Shown here piece after piece: positions 1 to 6,293 of a stretch of 32,000 nt of DNA. The stretch spans positions 4,320,001 through 4,352,000 of the forward strand of contig CP126532.1 in the NCBI GenBank assembly GCA_030167145.1, in the 5' to 3' direction. The stretch is from Ktedonobacterales bacterium. GTDB lineage: Bacteria > Chloroflexota > Ktedonobacteria > Ktedonobacterales > JADMIN01. The position numbers were made by a program, and so were the translations under genes. The stretch's first letter is position 1; every line of letters begins with the position of its first letter. The notes beneath the pieces are model-generated. The model was not told where the DNA came from, did not search any database, and worked only from the letters and a program-made list of their open reading frames with translations.

Positions 1-29
1 GTCAACGCCGACCCGTAGGAGTACGACCT

Positions 30-860
30 TCATGGTGTGGCTGCCACTGCCGAGTCGTGAGATCGCTGGAGCAGGTGGCCAAGGCTGCATTTCTTGCTTC
101 CTATCCCCAGCCGGAATGGAACCCGCACTCGCGGCTCGCTCCAGAGGAAGCTATAGTCTGGGTCTCCCACCAGCAATGCCGGTCGTCGGTGCCTGAAGCC
201 CACATAGTCGATGTCCTTACGGTACCAATCGTGTTGAAGATGAACGTGGTGGGAACAGGGCGCAACATACTTGTCCGGGTCGTAGGGATCTTTGCAGGAA
301 GGTTGTGGGCGATACACATCACCGAGTTGATGTCGATCGGCTCGCTTCGCTTGCGCAGCCTCTGGTGCATGCTCAGTCAGCCACTGCCACAGGTTACGCT
401 GTGACTCGAAGGCGTGCCCAACGCGCATGAGATAGAAGAGATGGTCTCTGCCGTACGCACCTGTCCCAGCCCCCGCGATGCCAGCGATCCACACCCCGTT
501 CCAGGCGTCGGGATCCTTGCTCGTTCGCATCTGGTGCTTACAGGAGCACAGTGTGATGAGGCCCCCTTGGAAGTTGGGGCCGGATCCCGTTTGCACGAAC
601 CGCCCATCACGATACATCACGGTCCGTACGATGTAGCAGTAGACGGTACCTTCCATCTCACCGATCCGTTCGTTCAGGCTGCTAAAGTCCAGATTCACGT
701 TGCCGAACAACGGGCCAGAGATGGGAATCGCCTGGTAGCTAGAATGTCCCCTGCAGGCGGAAGTAGCCATAACCGTATCACCGCCCGTTAGTAGCCAGAG
801 ACGAGCAGTTGCGAATTCGCGTAACTCCTGCGCTTTAGTTGCAGCCACTTGCTCTAGCAT
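30..860 (-). CDS. Hypothetical Cys/His-rich protein; tentatively Nmad2-like (nucleotide-modification-associated) family
   Basis: 276-aa ORF starting at ATG 860. In-frame ATGs at 770 and 656 leave the N-terminus uncertain. Motifs: VYCYIV...GSGPNFQGGLITLCSCKHQMR...WIAGIAG, and later APCSHHVHLQHDWY...ALLVGDPDYSFLW. From memory this matches small hypothetical proteins labelled Nmad2 (Y-x-Y, PNxF, TL-x-CK-x-x-R, WI-x-G); I cannot verify this here. Hand-counted GC is about 57% over 1-300, below the neighbouring genes. Confidence 0.6.
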   Translation of the reverse strand: MLEQVAATKAQELREFATARLWLLTGGDTVMATSACRGHSSYQAIPISGPLFGNVNLDFSSLNERIGEMEGTVYCYIVRTVMYRDGRFVQTGSGPNFQGGLITLCSCKHQMRTSKDPDAWNGVWIAGIAGAGTGAYGRDHLFYLMRVGHAFESQRNLWQWLTEHAPEAAQAKRADRHQLGDVYRPQPSCKDPYDPDKYVAPCSHHVHLQHDWYRKDIDYVGFRHRRPALLVGDPDYSFLWSEPRVRVPFRLGIGSKKCSLGHLLQRSHDSAVAATP

Positions 861-911
861 TGCATTTGCCGTACGCTGACACAGGCGTCCGCAGTGATCA
901 TATTGGGCTGC

Positions 912-924
912 ATATACTGTATAT
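912..924. promoter_or_regulatory. 13-bp perfect palindrome ATATAC-T-GTATAT in an AT-rich patch upstream of the 30..860 gene
   Basis: Read directly: atatactgtatat, arms ATATAC/GTATAT around a central T. It lies in the only strongly AT-rich stretch of this region (about 905-940). On the minus strand a TTGAAT -35-like hexamer (plus 932-937) lies just upstream. Function unknown. Confidence 0.3.
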
Positions 925-953
925 ATAATACATTCAACGGGATAACGACAGTC

Positions 954-1470
954 TCACACGTTCGTCACAGGGGCATAGGGCGGTATCTCAGTGTTATCAC
1001 ACGGAGTGGCCCATGGTCTCTGGACCAGTTTCTGACCATCTCGTTCCTGCAGCGTGGCGGCCAGCAGGGTCACCTGCTCCCGGTCCTGAGCATTGGCGGG
1101 GGTGATGTGCAGCACCAAGAGAGATGCCCCAGCGTATCCACGGCGGCATGCACCTTGGACCCCTTGCACCGCTTGTGCCCATCATAGCCCGCCCGCGCGC
1201 CGCTCTCGTGCGTCGACTGTATGGTCCGACTATCGAGGATGGCGGCGCTGGGGCGCGGACCGCGGCCCGCCGCGATGCGCACCGGCAGCCGTAGGTCATG
1301 CACCGCGCTCTCAAAGCTGCCTACTGCCAGCCAGCGCACCGCATTGCAGACCTTGCGCAGGGATTACGGCGCTGCAAGGCGTCTTCGGGCAGCAGGGTCA
1401 GGTAGGGCACGATGAAGGCCCATTTGTCGTCGCTAATGTCGGTCGGATAGGGTTGACGTGTGTCCCCATA
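954..1470 (-). mobile_element. Degenerate IS5/IS4-superfamily transposase remnant (frameshifted, internally deleted, 3'-truncated)
   Basis: Three different minus-strand frames carry transposase-like segments. QPYPTDISDDKWAFIVPYLTLLPEDALQRR is a DUF4096-type N-terminus (about 1452-1321). [41 protein letters not shown] is a DDE core (ORF 1070..1339). [14 protein letters not shown] lies in ORF 954..1169. There are at least two frameshifts, a missing middle segment (VRWLA joined directly to [11 protein letters not shown]) and no C-terminal third. No terminal inverted repeats recognised. Confidence 0.8.
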
Positions 1471-1513
1471 CCGACATACTACCACCAACCCGCCCTGACG
1501 TTCATAACACGCG

Positions 1514-2455
1514 CTAGGCGACTTCTTCTGCTGCGTCTGCTGTGGCCGGGACGGCAAGAGATTTGGCTTTGGCGGCCTGGCGCGCGAGCAGGGCGGGCGG
1601 AATGCGATAGACATCGGTGACGAGACCCAGTCGCTCTAGCGCCCAGATGAGATAGCCGGAGAAGTCGAATTGCCACCAGCGGAGGCCGTGGAAAGCGGAG
1701 CGCGGGAAGGCGTGGTGGTTGTTGTGCCAGCCCTCGCCGAATGCCAGCAGCCCGACGACCCACTCGTTGCGGCTGCGGTCCACGGTCTCGAACATGCGGC
1801 GTCCGAAGGTGTGGCAGACGGAGTTGACGCTCCAAGTGACGTGATGGGTGAGGAACATGCGCACCAGCCCGCCCCAGAGGAGGCCAGTCAACGCGCCGGG
1901 CCAGCCGCCGAGCAGACCGCCCACGGCGAAGGGAATAGCGAGCGAGAGCAGCGCCCAGAGCAGGAAGGTGCGGCTGACGAACATGACAATCTTGTCGCTC
2001 ATCAGGTGGCGGGCATAGACCTTGGGATCAGCGGTGCTGTCGCGGAAGATCCAGCCGATGTGGGCGTGGAAGAAGCCTTCGACGGGGCTGTGGGGATCGC
2101 CTTCGCGGTCGGATTGGGCGTGGTGCTTGGTATGGGTGGCGGCCCATTCGAGCGCGGGGCCTTCGAAGGCCATGGAGCCAAGAATCAGCAGAACGAGCTT
2201 GACGGCGGGATGGGGCCGGAAGCTGCGATGGGTGAGCATGCGGTGGTAGCCGACGGTGACGCCGAAGGCGATGAAGGCGTACATGACCGCGAGCAGAACG
2301 AGGTCGGTAGGATGGACGGCACGCAGCCAGAGCAGGCGTATGGCGAGCAGGGTAGCGAGCAGTGGCACGGTGACGACGAGGAGAATGACGCCCTTGAATA
2401 AGGCGTTCGATAGGGTGTTCGATACGGTGGAACGTGGCATGGAATCTCCGCTCAT
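1514..2455 (-). CDS. Membrane fatty-acid (acyl-CoA/acyl-lipid delta-9 type) desaturase
   Basis: 313-aa ORF with the three histidine boxes of membrane desaturases (HRMLTHR, HTKHHAQSD, HNNHHAF) and several hydrophobic segments. The start is either ATG 2455 (AAGGTGG upstream) or ATG 2440 (GGAG upstream). Confidence 0.95.
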   Translation of the reverse strand: MSGDSMPRSTVSNTLSNALFKGVILLVVTVPLLATLLAIRLLWLRAVHPTDLVLLAVMYAFIAFGVTVGYHRMLTHRSFRPHPAVKLVLLILGSMAFEGPALEWAATHTKHHAQSDREGDPHSPVEGFFHAHIGWIFRDSTADPKVYARHLMSDKIVMFVSRTFLLWALLSLAIPFAVGGLLGGWPGALTGLLWGGLVRMFLTHHVTWSVNSVCHTFGRRMFETVDRSRNEWVVGLLAFGEGWHNNHHAFPRSAFHGLRWWQFDFSGYLIWALERLGLVTDVYRIPPALLARQAAKAKSLAVPATADAAEEVA

Positions 2456-2626
2456 GGGACAGCCACCTTATTGGTGGAACGCCCTATAGGAGCGGAATGC
2501 CTAGATGATTGTTTCAGTGCCGCTGGTGGTACTATCTTCGATGCCAGTACGGGGAAGGAAGTTTCATTGCAATGCAGGATGATGGGGCGCTTCTCGCTAC
2601 TAAGGTGCCTTACACAAAAGGGCAGT

Positions 2627-2830
2627 CTACCTGTCTTCATCTTTAGGCGGATGCCAGCCAACCTTGACGCAGGCTCGGCGTGCGCGCATCAGTTCTGGCC
2701 GATTTAGGGCGAGGGCGATCACGGTCGCGCGCCCAATGGGCGTGATCCCAAGAATGTGTGTACCCTCGCTGGTCCACGCAAAATGCTCACGCCATATTTG
2801 ATGTCGGGGGTCAAAGAGGCGTATAAACCC
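2627..2830 (-). other. -1 frame continuation of the HNH endonuclease ORF (65 codons), entered at slippery-type heptamer G_GGT_TTA
   Basis: My translation of the -1 frame from 2824 gives IRLFDPRHQIWREHFAWTSEGTHILGITPIGRATVIALALNRPELMRARRACVKVGWHPPKDEDR, with stop at 2627-2629. The frame is open only from just upstream of the heptamer. Frame 0 plus the -1 frame would give a 145-aa protein. Confidence 0.7.
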
Positions 2831-3063
2831 TCTGTCTCGGGGTCAGTTGCCGCTATGCGACTACCTTTATGCGTGTTGCAAGGCGAGCATGCCAACCAGA
2901 GATTATCCTCACTCGTAGGGCCACCAAGCGCTTCCGGGACGATGTGATCGATTTCCATGTGGATGCCGAAAAACTGCTCGGCAGTGAGACAAGAGCCGCA
3001 ACGATGTTTTGCCTGGTCAGCGATACGCTGGCGCAATGCTCGCGGAATGCGGGTGGTGCTCAT
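2719..3063 (-). CDS. HNH endonuclease, frame-0 part (114 aa); the reading frame changes at 2824-2830
   Basis: HNH core: HRCGSC...IDHIVPEALGGPTSEDNLWLACSPCNTHKG. ATG 3063 overlaps the stop of the upstream gene (ATGA). After ...DPETEGL the frame-0 tail (YASLTPDIKYGV...) looks non-homologous, while the -1 frame carries the expected family C-terminus. Confidence 0.85.
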   Translation of the reverse strand: MSTTRIPRALRQRIADQAKHRCGSCLTAEQFFGIHMEIDHIVPEALGGPTSEDNLWLACSPCNTHKGSRIAATDPETEGLYASLTPDIKYGVSILRGPARVHTFLGSRPLGARP

Positions 3064-3473
3064 TTCACGGTCAACAGCGCGGAGACATCGTGGCCGTGTT
3101 CTTTCAGGAGTGTGGCGGCGTGCGCACGGACAAGCATGGCGCGCTCATGGTTTTTCAGGAGCCGCCGCTGTTCTTCAGCTTCCGCTGATTCCAATCCTTT
3201 ACGCTGGCTCTTCCGATTCAACGTCGCGAGCCGTGCCGCGTCTCGCATCGAGAGGTGTGTTCGGGCCGCATGCCAGAGTTCCTGGTCATTCAGAGCAGGC
3301 AATTGGGCCAGCATCAGTTCAAGGTCAGCAGGCAATGCTGGGGTGTCGCTGGTCGCACCGGCGAGCACTTCGACAAGCCGCTCCTCAATCGTGCGATGCG
3401 CTTGCTCGGCCTCGCGTTTGAGGCGGTGATACAGGTCTTCTGGTAGTTGCACGGTGATACGCTGTACTGCCAT
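3060..3473 (-). CDS. Ribbon-helix-helix (CopG-like) N-terminal domain protein, partner of the HNH gene
   Basis: 137-aa ORF. The N-terminus ITVQLPEDLYHRLKREAEQAHRTIEERLVEVL has an RHH beta-strand/helix pattern, followed by a helical charged C-terminal region. RBS GGAGG lies 6-7 nt before ATG 3473. Its stop overlaps the HNH start (ATGA at 3060-3063). Confidence 0.7.
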   Translation of the reverse strand: MAVQRITVQLPEDLYHRLKREAEQAHRTIEERLVEVLAGATSDTPALPADLELMLAQLPALNDQELWHAARTHLSMRDAARLATLNRKSQRKGLESAEAEEQRRLLKNHERAMLVRAHAATLLKEHGHDVSALLTVK

Positions 3474-3497
3474 CGCACACCTCCATCATCTGCTGAG

Positions 3498-5492
3498 CTA
3501 TGCGCTGAGGGCGGTGAAGACGTCGGCGCCATGGCGTTTGACTGCCGCGACGAGGCCGCCTTCGGCGGTGAGCGCCTGGATCATGGGGGAGGCAACCTGC
3601 GCCTGGAACTCGCGCCCGGTGGCGAGGTCGCGTACAAGGCCGGTGGCGAGGTCTATCTCAAGTTCCGCGCTTTCGTCGGCCAGCGCATAGAAGTCGGGGT
3701 CGGTAATGATGAGGTAGGGCAGCGCTTCGTTGACGAGGTTGCGCTTGTGGATGAAGGCGTAACTGCGGGCGATGATGGCCTGGATGCCCGCGCCCTGAAG
3801 CGCCCAAACGGCGTGCTCGCGCGAGCTGCCGCTGCCCCAGCCTTCGCCCGCGACGACGATGGTCGCGCCGTCTTTCGCGCGCTGGCGAAACTCTGGACGG
3901 ACGTAGTAGAAGCACTTGTCGCCGAGGTCTTCGAGCTTGGTGAGGTGGCAGAACTCGCCGGGGATGATGGCGTCGGTATCTACGGCGTCGCCGAAGCGCT
4001 GGACTTTCGCGCGTATCGTACCGCCGGATGCGGTTTCCGTGGCGTGCGCGCCTTCTTGCTGGGCGACGACCTGCATCTCTGGCTCGCTGAGGTGGATTTC
4101 GGGGACGAGACGCGCGCGGCGGCGCATGAGCACGCTATCGAGCCGGTCGCGGTCTACCTGCGCCAGCAGCGGGCGCGGGTCTGTGACACGCATATCGAAG
4201 GCGCTGGCGGCGACAGTGGCGGCGCTGGCGAGCCAGGCGAGCGAGCCTTCGCCCATGCGGTTCTCGAAGTTGCGGTTTTGCGAACTGAGCCAGGTTTCGC
4301 CCTTGCCTGCCTTGCGACTGGCGATGCCCAGGCACATGGAGCAGCCGGGCACGTCCACGACGAAGCCCGCCTGCTCATAGATGTCCCACAGGCCAGTCTT
4401 GCGGAAGTGATCGGCGATCCACATGTCGCCGGGGACGACAATGCGCATGCCGCTCTCGACTGGCTTGGGTGTCGCGCCAGATTTGAGCGCGGCATCGAGC
4501 ATGAGCGCGGCGAGCGCGAGTTCTTCTTCGGTGGTGGTGCAGGCACCAATGAAGCAGCCGTCTAGCTCTTGCCCGATGACGTCGGCGACATCGAAGACGT
4601 TGTCGGGGGAGAAGGGCTTGGCGACCTGGGGTGGGAGCGCGGCAAGCTGGATGGGGAAGTGGGCGATGTAGGGCGCGTCGTCGTCGGCGCGGAAGTAGCG
4701 CGCGGTGTCGTTGTAGCCACGCCTCCGCCGCATGAGCCATTCGGCGACCTGCTCATCTGGCTCGAAGATGCCGTTGAGGCCGCCGAACTCGGCGGTCATG
4801 TTACAGATAGTGAAGCGCATGTCGGTGGTGAAGCTCTGCGCGGCGTTGCCACGGAACTCGACACTGCGCTCCATGGCGACGGTGTTGCGGCCGAGCGCGC
4901 CCAGCGTCTTGAGGATGATGTCTTTGCCGCCGATGCCAAATTGTGGCTCGCCCTCGTATTCCACGGCTATCGCTTCGGGGACTTCGAGCCAGGTCTGTCC
5001 GAGTACCATCGCGGCGGTGATATCGGCGCCGCCTAGGCCGACGGCGAAGGCGCCCATGCCGCCGTGCGAACTGGTGTGGGAGTCGGCGCCAAGCACGACT
5101 TCGCCGGGCTGGACGAGGTCGCGATAGAACTTGGTGTGCATGATGGTGACATTGGCGTCGTAGAAGTGTTTCAGGCCGCTCTCTTTGGCGAAGGCGCGGG
5201 AGAGGTCGGCGAGCTTGCGGGCGCGGGGATCGCTGGCGAGGGTGCCGGGGTCTACCGTGTGGTCGAGGGCGAGGTAAAAACGGTCGGGATTGGCGATTTT
5301 TGGGCGACCGAGCAGCGAATAGGTGCGGTCCATGCCATTCCAGGCAAGTTCGCTGGCAATGGTCCAATCTACGCGCACCTGAAGCATATCGCCAGCCTGA
5401 ACCCAGGGGCGCGGCAGGCCGACGGCATGCTGCGCGAGAATCTTCTGCGTGAGCGTCATGGGGCGGCGGGCGTTGCTATCGGAAGACACCAT
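3498..5492 (-). CDS. Aconitase-superfamily protein, fused 3-isopropylmalate dehydratase/homoaconitase-type large and small subunit domains
   Basis: 664-aa ORF. LeuC-like motifs: DHTVDP, GADSHTSSHG, and Fe-S cluster cysteines in FIGACTT and PGCSMCLG. The C-terminal ~190 aa is LeuD/swivel-like (GDAVDTDAIIPG..., GEGWGSGSSREHA). RBS GAGG upstream of ATG 5492. Confidence 0.9.
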   Translation of the reverse strand: MVSSDSNARRPMTLTQKILAQHAVGLPRPWVQAGDMLQVRVDWTIASELAWNGMDRTYSLLGRPKIANPDRFYLALDHTVDPGTLASDPRARKLADLSRAFAKESGLKHFYDANVTIMHTKFYRDLVQPGEVVLGADSHTSSHGGMGAFAVGLGGADITAAMVLGQTWLEVPEAIAVEYEGEPQFGIGGKDIILKTLGALGRNTVAMERSVEFRGNAAQSFTTDMRFTICNMTAEFGGLNGIFEPDEQVAEWLMRRRRGYNDTARYFRADDDAPYIAHFPIQLAALPPQVAKPFSPDNVFDVADVIGQELDGCFIGACTTTEEELALAALMLDAALKSGATPKPVESGMRIVVPGDMWIADHFRKTGLWDIYEQAGFVVDVPGCSMCLGIASRKAGKGETWLSSQNRNFENRMGEGSLAWLASAATVAASAFDMRVTDPRPLLAQVDRDRLDSVLMRRRARLVPEIHLSEPEMQVVAQQEGAHATETASGGTIRAKVQRFGDAVDTDAIIPGEFCHLTKLEDLGDKCFYYVRPEFRQRAKDGATIVVAGEGWGSGSSREHAVWALQGAGIQAIIARSYAFIHKRNLVNEALPYLIITDPDFYALADESAELEIDLATGLVRDLATGREFQAQVASPMIQALTAEGGLVAAVKRHGADVFTALSA

Positions 5493-5629
5493 CGTCTCTA
5501 CCTCTTCACTGTTATCTGATATTCAGCCACGTGAGCGAGTGGATGCACACAGTATGATACTACATCGCTGGCTGCGCAGTGGGCAGAGGGACGGCGTGGG
5601 GGAAGGAGAAGACGGGCAGACAGCAAGAT

Positions 5630-5677
5630 GCTTGCCCATCGCGATCTTCTCTCGTGAGGGTGATACGATGGGCAAGC
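5630..5677 (-). terminator. 12-bp perfect inverted repeat (GCTTGCCCATCG / CGATGGGCAAGC, 24-nt loop) between the 5729..6208 gene and the aconitase-family gene
   Basis: Arms at 5630-5641 and 5666-5677, read directly. On the minus strand the stem is followed by a pyrimidine-rich run (ATCTTGCTGTCTGCCCGTCTTCTCC), not a clean T-tract. It may be a terminator or an attenuator-like element. Confidence 0.35.
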
Positions 5678-5728
5678 ATCGGTGCGAGAACTTGCCGAAC
5701 GCTCAGGCTCGGCTATGCGGCGGACGAT

Positions 5729-6208
5729 TTAGAAGCGGCGATCACGGCGGCGATCGCGGCGGCGCACGCCCGCGACGGACACTGGCGATAATGGCCTGCC
5801 GATGGGGTCAATGAAGATCGAGCAGGCTCCCGCTCTGGCTGGCAGCGTCCCCTCAAGGATTTCGATGGTGTAGGTGAGGGAATCCTGATTCATTTGGGGC
5901 GCGCTCAGCACTACGGTCGCTTCTTCGGGGGTCTTATCGCCAGCCTCCAGGAAGGACACCACGGCGTTCGGCGGGTCTTCGGCGAAGCTGTTCTCACCGT
6001 CGCCCCACTCGCTGACGAACTTCTGGGAACTCAGATGTCCCACGACCCGTTGGGGCCGGTCGGCAAAGAAGAGGGTTGACGGGGACACCCCATGAAAGGT
6101 TAAGGTGTGGTCGCTCGTTGTCAGGCCGCTGGCGCTCTGCACGAACATGGCTTCGATGGAGTCGGTTTGGGATGTGGAATCGGTTTGAGATGTGGCGGTG
6201 TCGTTCAC
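5729..6208 (-). CDS. Conserved hypothetical protein (unknown function)
   Basis: 159-aa ORF with GTG start at 6208 (AAAGGA upstream); an alternative start is MFVQSA at about 6148. The N-terminus has the duplicated TSQTDS. The C-terminus ends IDPIGRPLSPVSVAGVRRRDRRRDRRF. Codon usage is consistent with the neighbours. Confidence 0.65.
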   Translation of the reverse strand: MNDTATSQTDSTSQTDSIEAMFVQSASGLTTSDHTLTFHGVSPSTLFFADRPQRVVGHLSSQKFVSEWGDGENSFAEDPPNAVVSFLEAGDKTPEEATVVLSAPQMNQDSLTYTIEILEGTLPARAGACSIFIDPIGRPLSPVSVAGVRRRDRRRDRRF

Positions 6209-6293
6209 AGATGGGTTCCTTTCGCAGAGACTTCGTACACAGACTTCGTGCTACGTGCCGCCTGCCGCGAGTCGGGAGCAGGCGATACAGGCG

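Noticed and set aside
915-934. E. coli-type LexA/SOS box look-alike TACTGTATATATAATACATT
   Set aside because: The left half CTGT is present, but the right half reads TACA/ACAT instead of ACAG at the required spacing. High-GC Gram-positive and Chloroflexi-type LexA proteins are described as using GAAC-N4-GTTC-type boxes instead. I kept it only as an unexplained palindrome (912-924).
1670-2401. 243-aa plus-strand ORF antisense to the desaturase gene. Equivalent antisense ORFs occur at 13047..13895, 16361..17242, 27866..28570 and 29135..29794.
   Set aside because: All are nested in or overlap motif-supported genes on the other strand and have biased low-complexity composition: the standard high-GC artefact.
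2464-2478. CCACC-ttatt-GGTGG hairpin that would sequester the AAGGTGG RBS of the desaturase (RNA-thermometer idea)
   Set aside because: The stem is only 5 bp. An alternative start (ATG 2440 with its own GGAG) makes the RBS assignment uncertain, and the idea is too speculative to report as a finding.
3447-4565. 372-aa plus-strand ORF antisense to the aconitase-family gene
   Set aside because: It lies entirely inside a well-supported minus-strand gene. Its Gly/Ala/Asp/Val/Glu-rich composition is typical of shadow ORFs in high-GC DNA. No RBS and no recognisable motifs.
5493-5728. T-box or leucine leader-peptide attenuator upstream of the LeuCD-like gene
   Set aside because: No T-box sequence (GGTGGNACCGCG-type) and no short Leu-rich leader ORF is visible. 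I kept only the generic competing-stem observation.
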